From the NCBI RefSeq assembly GCF_018350175.1, contig NC_058382.1, forward strand, positions 15,128,001 to 15,192,000: a stretch of 64,000 bases of DNA, in the 5' to 3' direction. Every line of letters begins with the position of its first letter. Positions within the stretch are counted from its first letter, which is position 1. This DNA is from Felis catus. Lineage: Eukaryota. A program made the position numbers and the translations under genes. A model generated the notes under the pieces. That model searched no databases and was not told the DNA's origin. It worked only from the letters and a program-made list of their open reading frames with translations. This document shows positions 13,501-26,029 of the stretch, in pieces.

Positions 13501-14086
13501 TCAGTTCTTTATTCTGGGGTCCAGTGCCCTGCTCTGATTGGTCTCTCTCACTGGGCGGTTTTCCGCTTTCCGCTGTGGTTGGCCGATTCTTCCTCCGTGG
13601 GAACCTTCCCAGAACCCCCACACCCCATTACGGATTCCCTTCATCCGCAGCCGGGTGTTCCCAAACAAGGAGGACATGCTTGAGGCAGCCTTCACCCTGG
13701 CGGAAGAGATTTCCACCAAGAGCCCTGTGGCAGTGCAGAGCACCAAAGTCAACCTGATCTACTCCCGCAACCATTCCGTGGCCGAGAGTCTCAACTACAT
13801 GGTAAGGCTCTCCGTCCAGCCAATCACAGCCCCTCTCCAGTCCCAGAGCGACCAATCAGGGCCCCTGCAAGCAGACCTCTGCAGGCCTTGCCCTCCGATT
13901 GGTGCGCTGTCTCTTCCCTGTTTTTCATTGGCCCAACTCCATTCCCTGCCCTTGCCATTATGCTCCACCCTCTTCATCCAGGCCACCTGGAACATGAGCA
14001 TGCTGCAAACCCAGGACATCGTTAAGTCTGTCCAGGCTGCATTGGAGAAGAAGGACCTGAAGAGCGTGAACTTCTCCAAGCTCTGA
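5908..14086 (+). CDS. ECH1: Delta(3,5)-Delta(2,4)-dienoyl-CoA isomerase (enoyl-CoA hydratase 1), 10 exons, 320 aa, C-terminal PTS1 SKL
   Basis: Exons 5908-5947, 6599-6794, 6933-7021, 11994-12118, 12206-12254, 12455-12519, 13168-13238, 13331-13402, 13651-13801, 13982-14086 (963 nt), all GT-AG and in frame. Crotonase motifs LNRPEKRNA, GIDLMD, PKPVIAAIHGGCIGAG, EVDIGLAADVGTLQRLP; ends FSKL*. Confidence 0.97.
9266..9341. repeat. Short AT-rich minisatellite, ~23-nt unit ACGCATATGTAATATATGTATAT x ~3.3
   Basis: Direct reading of the tandem units in ECH1 intron 3. Confidence 0.8.
10300..10970. mobile_element. Degenerate L2 LINE 3' fragments with an internal (CA)n microsatellite (10520-10561)
   Basis: L2-like motifs (CAGGACCTTTGC.CTGGC, TGAGGGCAGGG..CTGT, CTCATAGAGCTCACAT); about 21 CA units. 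Confidence 0.6.
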
Positions 14087-14255
14087 GAGCCCCCAAGGGC
14101 CAGGCCTTGCCCCTTGTCCCACCTCATGCCGTTTCCTCATCCACAGAGAAGGAGGATTAGTGAGGATCGTCGCCTCCGTGCCTTCATGCCTGATCTCCCA
14201 GTTTATAGCTGGGACACTGATTTCCTCATGCCCAGGGCCTTATCTTCACCCAAAC

Positions 14256-14261
14256 AATAAA
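14256..14261 (+). terminator. ECH1 polyadenylation signal
   Basis: AATAAA 170 nt after the stop, followed by GT/T-rich sequence (gtgtctttatt). Confidence 0.8.
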
Positions 14262-15379
14262 GCTACTTAAGGAACCCGGTGTCTTTATTGCAAAGGGAGG
14301 AGAGGCAGCAAGGAGCCAAGATGCGCCTGCGCCCACGGCCCTCAGCGGTGCTGAATGTTGAGGACAGAGATTTGGCCAATGGGAACGGGAGCCGCGCAGG
14401 CGACGCCCATTCAGAGCTGGCAGTGGGCAGCCCAGGGCCAATAGAAAGTCTGGCAGGGGCGGGGCAAGCAAAAGTCAGTGCCTTCTGCAGGCCTAGGGGC
14501 TGCGGCTGGTCTCCCTGCCTGCTCCAGGCTCCAGAGCTGCGTTCACCCTGCCTGGCACCCACTCACTGCATAGCCTAATGGGATGCGACGCTAGAGTCTG
14601 GCTAGAGTTCTGCTGACACCCAGTCTCGAGCCAACTGCCTCATTTCTTTAAGCTTCAAGTTTTCATGTCCGTAGATAAGCCCAACCTCCTGGGTTTATGT
14701 TTAGAAGGAGTGCAAGAGGCCAAGGATTCATTTAATGCCTTCTGTATGCCAAGTCCTGTTCTGAGCATTTATTCCCTGAGTGACTCCTTTCAAGGCTTCT
14801 ATGAGGTCGATACTACTAATATCCCCATTTTACAGTTGGGCAAATCGGGAAATTGAGGTTCAGGCCAAACTCATGCAAGACCAAACAGCCAGGAAGTGGC
14901 CAAGGCAAGATCTGAACCCAGCACCCCTGGCTCCAGAAGTCGTGATCTCTGCAGTCCAGGGCCCCCCCGGGTGGCTCATTCGGTTGGGCAGCCGACTTCA
15001 GCTCTCGTGGTTTGTGAGTTCGAGCCCCGCGTCCGGCTCTGTGCTGACAGCCCGGAGCCTGCTTGGGATCTGGGTCTCCCTTTCTCTGTGCCCCTCCCCC
15101 TGCTCGTGCTCTGTCAAAAATGAGTAAATGCTAAGAAATTTTTTAATTAATTATTTAATTAATTAAAAACTATACAGTGCAGTGTGCACGGGTCCGGCAC
15201 CCAGTGGGCATGCAGATGCCTTCCGCAGTTCCTAAGAGTGTCCAGGGCATCCAGCTCCTCCCTGTTTTCACCCACTCCCATTGCCCATCTGTCACAGGTC
15301 GCGCCTGCAGCCTTGCCCTGCCCAACCCTCCTGGACTCCCCCTCCCTCTGCTAACAAAGGTCTGGGCAGGCTTTTATGG

Positions 15380-15640
15380 GCTCTGATAAGGCCCTGGCAG
15401 GGCTGAAGTTCACTACACTTCCTCTTTGCGGAAGGGCCTGAAGGAGGGGGCTCTGACCTGAGTCCTCCTGACCTGACCCAGATAGATGAACTGGGTTCTG
15501 ACTGGTTACCAGTGAGGCTAGTAAGAAAAGGGACACAAGGGGGTGCCCTAGAAAAAGATGGGAGCCAGGAATGCCCGGAAGAGGGGCCCTGTGGACCCTG
15601 CCCTGCCAGCCACTCCCTTATCCTCGGGTATAAGAGCCAC
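15380..15640 (+). promoter_or_regulatory. LGALS4 promoter with TATA box and GATA motifs
   Basis: TATAAGA at 15629-15635, about 90 nt upstream of the ATG; TGATAAG near 15384 and CTTATC near 15617. Confidence 0.6.
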
Positions 15641-15721
15641 CCCCCTCCTGCCATCTGCCACCATTCCCCACTCCTGCACCTCTTTTCGCCGGACGACGAG
15701 CCACCAGCCCAGCCTCTCAAG

Positions 15722-18700
15722 ATGGCCTATGTCCCTGCACCCGGCTACCAGCCCACCTACAACCCGGTGAGACAGCGGCCCAGGCCCCAACCGCAGGCCC
15801 CGGCTTAGTTTCACCCGGAACCCCACACACCAATTTCCTCTCATCCTGATTCCTCAGAGGTGCCCCCGCCCCCAACCTTGACTCTGATTTACCCGATACT
15901 GACCCTGGGGCTTGATTTACTCCCATCCTGACGCCCTGGCTCTTCATAGCCACACCTGACGCTCTGCTCTCTTCACCTTCCCGCGGACCCTTCACCCCTA
16001 GTGTCCCAATGAGAGTGCGGGGGGCTTCTCGATGAGGGGTAAAGTCTCACCAGGCCCCTTCCACAGACTCTGCCCTACAACAAGCCCATCCCGGGTGGTC
16101 TCTGCATCGGAATGTCTGTTTACATCCAAGGAGTGGCTAGTGAGCACATGAAGAGGTAAGGCACTCCCCTCCGCCGGGCTAGGCTAGGAGGGGCTACAGA
16201 CAGGGGCTTCCGCCCTAATGCAGAAGACCTTCTTCCTTCCTGCTTGGGAAGGGGAGCTCTGTGCCCCTGCACCCGATGGCCAAAGATCAGCCCTAGCCCC
16301 TGGGACGTCCAGGACTGGGTGACCAGGAGCAGGGAGCCTGGGGGCTGGGAGGCGTCAGGGAGGCTCTCGGAGAGAGGCAGCCCGGCCCGGGAGCTGGGAT
16401 GTTGGACTGGAATTGATGGGTGTGATAGCACGAATTCAGATCACAGGCTCTGAGCTCGGCCTGGCCAGCTCTGTCACTGGCCAACTGTGTGACCGGGGAA
16501 AGGCACCACGCCTCTCTGTGCTTTAGATTCTGTAGAATGGGGGATTGTCCTGAGGGTTCAATGCGTAAAACTGGAAAGTAAGCACTAAAATAAGTCTTAA
16601 CATTTTTTTAGGGCCTTAAAATGCTGATAAAGACGGAAGCGAGCTGAAGGCATTGTTGTTTCTCGCTCGTTGGTTTTTTGGTCATTTTGTGCCCACTGTG
16701 TGCCTGGGCACTGGGGACAGAGCAGTCGACAGGGCCAAGATCTCTGCCCACATGGAGCTGACATCCTAGTAGAGAGGAGAGGTGAAAGACAAAAATCAAA
16801 TCTGTAATCAAAATCAAAAATCAAAGTGGTGATAAGTGCTAAGCAGACAAACTGGGAAAGGAGTTGGGGAATGGATGTGGGGGGAGGGACCCTGTGGCAC
16901 TGTCCCTTTAAATAGCAGAGCGGGGTGGGAACACTTCAAAGACCCACAGGAGAGGAGGGAGGGAGCCTGGGAGTATAGGCGGATAGAAAGAACAGCCCTT
17001 GCAAAGGCCCTGAGGTGGGGGTGTGTGTGTCCAGTTGGAATAACTTCAGGGATGCTGGCCTGAGGGAAGGGGTGGGTCGTGTGGGTTCCTAGGTCCCCCC
17101 TGGCTGCCGGTGGGGAAAGGCCTCCAGGTCAGGGAGGGAGCAGAGAGGTTCCTAGGACAGTGCCCGGCCCTTGGAAATGCAGGAGTCCCAGTTGTGGTCT
17201 TATTTAAAGTTGGGAGGGGCTGGGGGGGGGGGGGCTGTGGTCAGGTCAAGGGAAGGGAATGAGCATGGCAGTCCTCCTGGACTCCAGGGCACTACCCCCG
17301 CCCCCCTCTCTCGGGTCAGCAGTGCCCAAGTGTGCTGTCCCGTTTTGTCGTTGTCCCCCAACCCCCCTCCCGCCCCATCCGGGAAGTGAGAACCGGGTAG
17401 GTCTGAGCGGGCTTCCAGGAGGAGGGCCCGGTGAGCAGGCAGGTGGGGCCGGGGGAACAGCCCTTCCTGTCCCACCAGGTTCTCCGTGAACTTCGTGGCG
17501 GGGCAGCACTCGGGGTCAGATATCGCCTTCCACTTCAATCCCCGCTTCGACGGCTGGGACAAGGTGGTCTTCAACTCCATGCAAGGTGGCAAATGGGGCA
17601 GCGAGGAGAAGAAAAGGAGCATGCCTTTCCGCAAGGGCACCGCCTTCGAGCTGGTGTTCATGGTCCAGGCCGAGCACTACAAGGTCTGAGCTTGGGGGCG
17701 GGGCCTCCCTCCTCCCTAACCCCCCTTCCTCCTCCCGGCTGCCTCCCTCTGCCTCCCTCTCCACCTTCCTTCCTCCCTCTCTTCCTCTCTTCCAGCTGTA
17801 CCTCCCCCTGCTCCCCCCTCCTCCCCTTCTCCTACTTCTCCCCCTTCTCCCCCTCCTTCTCCTCCCTCTCCCCTCCCCCTTCCCACCTCACTTTTTTCTT
17901 TTCCTTCTTACCTGCCTATTAAACACTTTTGCTCTTAAACAATTTTTTTTTCTCTCACGTTCCTCATTCCTATTCCTCTACCGTGGGCAGCCTTGTCATG
18001 TTTAACGTAGATCGCTTTGTTCATCTGCATTCTTGCAAAATGCGTATTCTTGCTCTTTCTTCTGGAGAACTCTGAACACACACAAGAGGAGGCGCGGGTG
18101 CAGTGACCCGCTGGTCCCCTTGGCCAGCTCCAGTGGTCGTGAGCTCCAGGCCCCTGTGTTTGCATCCTTCCCTGGCGCTTCCCTCTCGTCTGATTTAAGA
18201 GCAAATCCCAGATATAATTTCATTCGTAAATATTTCAGTGTTTAAGAACATAGTCACAAGGCCGTTACAATACCTCAAGCACTGACAATTCTTCCTGGGG
18301 CCCTCACATCCTGTCAGCCGTCCGGTGACCTCATAAATACCTTAAGGTGTGTTGTTGTCTTAAAGTTTGTTTTGAGAGAGAGAGGGAGCATGAGGGCAAA
18401 GGCTCAAGCAGACGAGGGGCAGAGAAAGAGGGAGCGAGAGAGAATCCTGAGCAGGCTCCGCACTGTCAGCACAGAGCCCAACACAGGCCTCGAACCCATG
18501 AACTGTGAGATCATGACCTGAGTCTTGTCTGCACTTTGTTTGACTCCGCCTCCGGATAAGGCCCACACGCTGTGACTGATTACTATGATGCAAGTATTTT
18601 TTTAAGTTTATTTTATTTTTGAGAGAGAGAAAGAGAGAGAGAGAGCACGTGCTCGCGTGCCGGTGGGGGAGGACCAGAGAGAGGGAGACAGAGAATCCGA

Positions 18701-21700
18701 AGCAGGCTCTGAGCTGTCAGCACAGAGCCAGAGATGGGGCTCGAACGCACGAACCGAACCATGAGATCATGACCCGAGCTGAAGCTGGACGCTTTCACTG
18801 ACTGAGCCACCCAGGTGCCCCTATGCAAGTATTTTTAATTTTCTTAATTTTTTAATTCTATTAAGCTTTATTTACAACAAATTTTTTATGCCTGTTTATT
18901 TTTGAGAGGGAGAGAGAAAGAGGGTGAGCGGGGGAGGGGCAGAGAGAGAGAGAGAGAGGGAGACACCGAATCCGAATCCGAAGCAGGCTCCAGGCTCCGA
19001 GCTGTCAGCACAGAGTCGGACGCGGGGCTCAAACCCACAAACCGTGAGATCGTGACCTGAGCCGAAGTCGGACGCTTAACCAACGGAGCCACCTGGGTGC
19101 ATCGCAAGTATTTTTTAAAATGTGTTACTGACGTGCACAAAAGAGTGCGAGCCATGTGTACAGAGCTCGCTGGTGTTTCACAAAGACAACACACCCGTGG
19201 CACCAGCACCTAAGTCCAGAAATAAGACTCCTCCGGAGCTGGCTGTCAGCCCCATGCCCCCTGCCTGGCGCCATAAATAGAACCGTGAGGACATCAAGGA
19301 CGCTGAGATATGATGACAAGGCTCCACACAGGATTTCCACAACGCCTTTGACATGCCTGGCTGGGTTTTAATGTTCCCATCAATCCCAGGGTGAGCCTCC
19401 AAAGGCTCAGAGAGGTGGAATGACTTCCCCGAGGTCACACAGCCAACGCGTCAGAGCTAGACTCGGGCCCATCTCCTTTGGCGCCGAAACCAAAACTCTG
19501 ACTTGATTATCTCGCGATCCATCGCTCTCCTGACTACATTCTCCATTGTCTCCCAACCACGGGTCTCTGAGCTGCCCCTTGACCCCGGCTTGACCTCCGA
19601 CCTGCAGACTCCGAGATTCCTGACACGGTGGCTATCCCAGCTCGTCCCCAAGACGCGTCTCCGAGTTAAAAAGATCTCTGTTGCCTGCTTCCTGTTTCTG
19701 CTTTCCCAAGGTCATGGGGGCTGACTCTGACCTCACCCCCTGCCCTCCAGGTGGTGGTAAATGGAAATCCCTTCTATGAGTTTGGGCACCGGCTGCCCCT
19801 GCAGATGGTCACCCACCTGCAAGTGGATGGGGACCTGGAGCTTCAATCAATCAATTTCATTGGCGGCAACCCCCCGCCAAGCCAGGTGGGTGGCGTCTCC
19901 TCACTTATGTGCCTGCTTCCTTCCTTAACTCATTCCCTCACTCCTTTATTTCCCCGAGCACCTGCTCCGTGCCAGGCCCTTCGCTGGCTGAGCCACAGAC
20001 TCAGAGGCAACTAAGACAATCCACTGGGAAGACAAGACATTTCCCCAGGCAGTGTTGGCTCTAAGCGGTCAAGGCCGGGGTGGGAGACAGGAGGTTTGGG
20101 GAGTCCGAGGGGAAGGCTTCCGGGAGGAGGAGGAAGTCCGTCAGCTGAGTCAAGGAGCAGAGATAAGGAGGAACAAAAGCCACGGGGAATAGTAGGCGAG
20201 TCCATGAGAAGTTGCCCAACATTGCTAGTCACCGGAGAGAAACTCACTTCAAGTCACAAGGAGCTGCCTCCCCCCGCCCAACGAGAAGAGCTATCCAGGG
20301 AAAGGCACACAATACCGATTGTGGGCGAGGCTGGGGAACTGGCCCGACACTCCCCTGGAAATGACTGGGCAGCGTCTGCGAAAGCTGAGCGGAGACACAC
20401 GCGATGACCTAGAAACCCCATTCCCACGTCCACAGTGAACAGACAGGCACCAAAACACCCATAGCAGCACTCGGACTCTAGACGCCAGCCATGTCCTTCA
20501 GCTGAGGGCTCTCTACTCCCCAGCCTGTACGCCCCCGGCCCCCACCTCCTCGGGGAAAGTGCTCTGATGATCATCGGACCCATTTTACAGATGGGGGAAC
20601 CGAGGCACAGAGACAGGAGGAAGCAGGACCAGGGAGGGCGCAAGAGTAGAATGCACCAGGCTCACCCTAAAGGGGTGGAGGGTCACTGTGTCCCGAAGAT
20701 CCCTAAACGTGGCAGTTTCCTCTCCATTAATGAGCCACCTGGGTGCCACTCTTTGACCCCAGAGTTCTCTTGGACCGCGGTCGTGGGGCTGCCCTGGGCA
20801 GGCATCCCTGACACCCCCAACCCCCAGGCCCTAGTTTGGGGTCTCCCTCATTGCCTGCCTTCCTACACACATTGCCTTCGTGCCCACAGACACCCATGGG
20901 CACGCCGGCAAACCCAGTAAGTACCTGTCGATGGGTGATGGAATTCTTGTGGTGGGGGCTTGGTGGCCTGAGGAGGTCTTGGGGCAGCTGAAGGACCCCC
21001 AGTCCCCCTCACCATTTCCGCCTTCCATTCATCTGTATAGGGTCCTGGACACACCCAGCAACTGCCAAGTAACCTGCCTGTAAGTGGGAGAATTGGGTGG
21101 CCACTTGGGGTGGGGGGGGAGAGGTGGTGAGAAGTGCGAGGGGGGTCAAGGAGGTGGGCCCCCCCCAGTTGTACTAGTCCAGCACCCAGAGATACACCTG
21201 CACATAGTTGGTGTGCCATAAATATTTGTCAAATATTCTAGAATAACACCTCTCCTTCCTCACCTCACAGACCATGGAGGGACCCCCAATCTTCAACCCG
21301 GTAACGTGTCCCGTGGGCGTTTAGGGCTCTGTGGTGGGCAGTTTGTGGGGAAGCCGGAGCCGACGGTGGGCAGGGGGGCTCTGAGAGGGTGGGAAATAGA
21401 GTGGGCAGAGGGTGTTGGGGCGGGAGGCGGGGAGAGGGTGGGGTTGGTGGCCAGAGTGGGGAGGGGACGGAAGTTGGGGACATTTCCTAGGAGTGGGCAC
21501 CCATCTCTGAAAATTTGTCCCTGCCTCTGGCTTCTGGTGACCTGAGAGGTGACAGGACCCCATGTTCTCCTCCCACAGCCCGTGCCATTCAGGAGGATCT
21601 TGCAAGGGGGGCTTACAGCCCGAAGAACCATCATAGTCAAGGGTTTTATACCCCCTACAGGCAAGAGGTACCCAGTCTGCACTGAAGCGGGGATCCTCAG

Positions 21701-22203
21701 CCCGCTTCCTCCTTCAGACCCAGGAGTCTGGGCCCCGGCCCCCTCCTCCCTCGGAGAACCAGGCACTGGCCCCCGTGTGACTCCCCCCTCCTTCCCTCTC
21801 TGCCTTCAGCTTTGCGATCAACTTCATCGTGGGGTCCACGGGGGACATGGCTCTGCACATTAACTCCCGTCTGACTGAGGATACCGTGGTCCGGAACAGC
21901 TACCTGAATGGTTCGTGGGGATCCGAGGAGAAGAAGATCTCCTACAACCCATTTGGTCCTGGGAAATTCTTTGATGTGAGTCGGGGGTCTCTTTCGCCCC
22001 CTTCCCTCCAGAGCCTGTGTCCTGGCCCTAGCCTCAAGCCTGCCCTCTCCCTGCAGCTGTCCATTCGCTGTGGCATAGATCGCTTCAAGGTTTACGCCAA
22101 CGGCCAGCACCTCTTCGACTATTCCCATCGCTTCTCGGCCTTCCAGAACGTGGACGTCCTAGAGATCCAGGGTGATATCAACTTGTCCTATATCCAGATC
22201 TGA
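15722..22203 (+). CDS. LGALS4: Galectin-4 (tandem-repeat galectin, two CRDs), 10 exons, 323 aa
   Basis: Exons 15722-15766, 16067-16155, 17479-17683, 19751-19885, 20890-20916, 21041-21079, 21271-21300, 21579-21667, 21810-21975, 22057-22203 (972 nt). Starts [15 protein letters not shown]; [23 protein letters not shown]; C-CRD HINSR..VVRNS...WGSEE; ends LSYIQI*. Confidence 0.98.
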
Positions 22204-22273
22204 TCTATTCCCAGAGCCATAACTCTTGGGGACACAGAGAGAAAGAGCCCACAGGACTCTCTTCTAAGCCCTT

Positions 22274-22279
22274 AATAAA
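22274..22279 (+). terminator. LGALS4 polyadenylation signal
   Basis: AATAAA 70 nt after the TGA. Confidence 0.85.
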
Positions 22280-22605
22280 ATGTCTGAGGGTGTCTCATGC
22301 GTGTCCGTAACGTCCGTATCGCTGTTCCTTCCTCCCTTGGTTCGATCATACACTGTGCATTCAGCCACCTCATCACCTGTCCATCGATCTTCCCATCACA
22401 ATAAATCTAGGAATATTCCAGACACAGATCTTGGGCTTGAAGCATATCAACTCATTTGCTCCTCACAAAAACACCAGGAGATAGGAACTATTATTATTGT
22501 ACCTCTGGAAAAGATGAGGAAACAGGCAAGTTAAAATAAAGCAGGGGCGTCTGCGTGGCTCCGTCAGCTGGGCTGAGAGCTCAGAGCCTGGAGCCTGCTT
22601 TGGAT

Positions 22606-22636
<31 letters not shown>

Positions 22637-23118
22637 GCCCCTCCCCTGCTCACGGTCTGTTTCTCTCTTTCTCTCAAAAAAAAAAAAAAAGTTAAATAAA
22701 CATTAAAAAAAAATTTTAAGTAAAGCAAATTGCCCAAGGTCACACGGCACATAAATGGCAGAATGAGGATTCAAATCAAGGTGGTCTGGCTACACTCTTG
22801 GTCACTATACAACCCATTTTTCCATCCGTCCATGTATCCACCTGTCCATTCATCCATCGCCACATCCATAAATCTCTCCAAACATCCATCCAAGCATATG
22901 TTCATCTATCCACCTAAATACACAGTCAAGGACGCCTGGCTGGCTCCGTCGGTGGGGCAGCAACTCTTGACCTCGAGATTGTGAGTTCGAGCCCCACATC
23001 GGATGTAGAGATTACTTTTTTTTAATTAAAAGAAATTCTTTTTAGAACTTTTATTTATTTACTTTGAGAGAGAGAGAGTGAGAGAGAGCAAGAGTTGTGG
23101 GGTGGTGGGGGGAGAGCA

Positions 23119-23154
<36 letters not shown>

Positions 23155-23329
23155 CCCAAGCAGATTCCATGCTCAGTGTGGAGCCTGACACAGGGCTCCA
23201 TCCCACAACCCTCACAACGTGACCCAAGAGGAAATCAAGAGTTGGATGCTCAACTGACTGAACCACCCAGGCGTCCCAGAGATTACTTAAAAATTTTTTT
23301 TGAAAATCTAAAACACAAAAAAACAAAAA

Positions 23330-23945
23330 CATCCAACCATTCGTCCACTCACCGTCACCTAACTCTCCACCTATCCAGCCCTTTGTACATCCATTCATCA
23401 CCCAACCCTTCACTCAGCCATCTGACCATCCATCCATTCAAACATCTAACCATTTATTTATTCACTCATCCGTCTGTCTGTCTATTCAGCCATCCTTACA
23501 TCCAACTTGCATTCACTCATTCATCTGTTCATCCCTCCATTTGTCCGTGCAATTCTCTGCCTTCCATCACATCCATCCATCCATCCATCCATCTCTCCAT
23601 GCGCCATTGATCCCTCTGACTAGGCATCGATTTCTTCATTCTCTACCTATCATGCCATCCATCCATATCTTTATGATATATTCTTCTATTCATTTCCAAC
23701 TATTTGTCCGTTCATTTACCATTTCCTCTCTCCATCTGTCCACTAACCATCTACCATCCAGCCAATCATCCTCTTACCACCGCACCCTTGCATGGATTTA
23801 AGCATTTGTTCATTTGTTTACACTTTCACTCACCCATTCATTCATTCCTTTGTCATTTCCTCACTTACTTGTTCACCTATCCATTTATTCAGGCATTTCT
23901 CCGTGTCTATTCATTTGTTCGTTCATTCATTCATTCTGTTTATTG
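23330..23945. repeat. Degenerate (TCCA)n/(TTCA)n low-complexity region
   Basis: Runs such as atccatccatccatccatcc and ttcattcattc. Confidence 0.85.
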
Positions 23946-25074
23946 TCTCATTTGTTCCCTTAATCTAGTTCTCAAATGTGGCTGTACATTGCAATCATCT
24001 GGGGAGATTTAATTAAAAAAAATTTTTTTAGAGGGGGGAAGGGGCAGAGCGGGGGGTGGGGGGGGAATAGAGGATCCAAAGCGGGCTCCTCGCTGACAGC
24101 AGGGAGCCCCATGTGGGGCTCTAACTAACTAACTAAGAGATTATGAAGTTGGATGCTTAGGGCGGCCACTACCCAGGTTGGCATGTCCCAGGGATGGCAG
24201 CGGAGGAACAAATCAGTAGCAGAGCCTGGAGGGGCTCAGCAAGAGGGATGGAAGAGCTGGAGAGGTCATGTTTGGTTTTCTATCGCTGCTGCAGCATGTT
24301 TGAAGAAATATGGCTACAGACTTGCCAAAGTTCACAAAAGCCATTAATCTATAGATGCAAGAAGTTTAATGACTTGCAAATAGGATAAATACAAAGAGAT
24401 CCACACCTAGACCCATTATTGTCAAACTGCTGTAAAAAACATAAAAGACAGAGAAAACCTTGAAAGCAGGAAGTGAAGAACAGCTCGTCTTGTACAGCGT
24501 TAACAGCAGTACAATTAATAGCTACCTTTTTATAGAACCAATGAAGGTCGGGGCCCCTGGGTGGCTCAATCGGTTATGCATCTGACCTTGGTTTTGGCCC
24601 ACGTCATGATCTCACAGTTCATGAGTTCGAGCCTTGCATCAGACTCTGTGCTGACAGCGCAGAGCCAGCTTCGGATCCTCCGCCTCCCTCTCTCCCTGCC
24701 CCTCCCCTGCTCTCCCTCTCTCTCTCTCAAAAATAAATAAGCATTAAGAAAAATAAATAAATAAATAAACCCAAGGTCTTTGGGATCAGAGAAGATCAAA
24801 AAGGAGCTGAGCAGTTTCATGACTCAGTCAAGGCGCTAAAAGAAAAAGAAAACTATCAACAAATACTTCTATCTTCAACAAAACTGTATTTCAAAACCGA
24901 AAGGAAAATAAGGAAAGTCCCAGATAAACGAAAGCTGACAATTCATTGTTAACAGAGCTGCCCTCTAGGGGATGCTAAAGGAAGTCCTTCACACTGAAAG
25001 AAACTGACATCAAACAGAAACTCAAATCCACGGGGAGAAATGGGCCCCAGAAATTACAAGTATGTAGATAGATT

Positions 25075-25322
25075 TTTTTTTTAATTTTTTTTTAATTTTT
25101 TTTTTAAATTTTTTTTTCAACGTTTTTATTTATTTTTGGGACAGAGAGAGACAGAGCATGAACGGGGGAGGGGCAGACAGAGAGGGAGACACAGAATCGG
25201 AAATAGGCTCCAGGCTCTGAGCCATCAGCCCAGAGCCCGACGCGGGGCTCGAACTCCCGGACCGCGAGATCGTGACCTGGCTGAAGTCGGACGCTTAACC
25301 GACTGCGCCACCCAGGCGCCCC
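25075..25322 (-). mobile_element. Young SINEC_Fc copy
   Basis: Near-consensus, CpG-intact sequence with long T tail and AGATAGATTTT duplication. Confidence 0.92.
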
Positions 25323-26029
25323 AGATAGATTTTTTTTAATGACATAAATATATGTTTTCTGTTTACTTCTTTTGATTTCTTTTAAAATACGATTGTATAA
25401 AGTGAAGGTGATAATACTAGGTTGTAGGGTACATAGCACATCTCTATGTTATATACATGACAATAATACCACACAAGGGGGGGGGGTGGTGGAATAGGGA
25501 TGTACGGAGCAATGCTGCTATATTTTACTGGAATTAAATCAGTTTTGGGGCGCCTGGGTGGCTCAGTGAATTAAATGTCCGACTCTTGATTTCAGCTCAG
25601 GTCATGATCTCACGGTTTGTGAGTCTGAGCCCCGCGTGGGGCTCCATGCTGTCAACATGGAGCCAGCTTGGGATTCTCTCTCTCTCTCCCTCTCTCTGCC
25701 TCTTCCCTGCTCACGCTCTCTCTCTTTCTCTCTCTCAAGATAAAATAAACTTAAAAAAAATCTTTAAAAGAAAAATGAAGTTGACCATCATAAGTAAAGA
25801 GGTACATTGTAATCACTAGAGTGACCACTCAAAAACCAGCTTTCAAAAAATACTGCTAAAAAAACCAATAGAGGAATTTAAACGGTCCACTAAGAATTGT
25901 TTAACACAAAAGAAGGTAGTGACAGATTAACAGAGAGTAAAAACAAAGAGCAAAAAAGGCAGCCATAAAGCCAGTTGTATCAATAATTACACCAAGTGTA
26001 AATGAAATAAATACTCCTATCAAAGGGCA

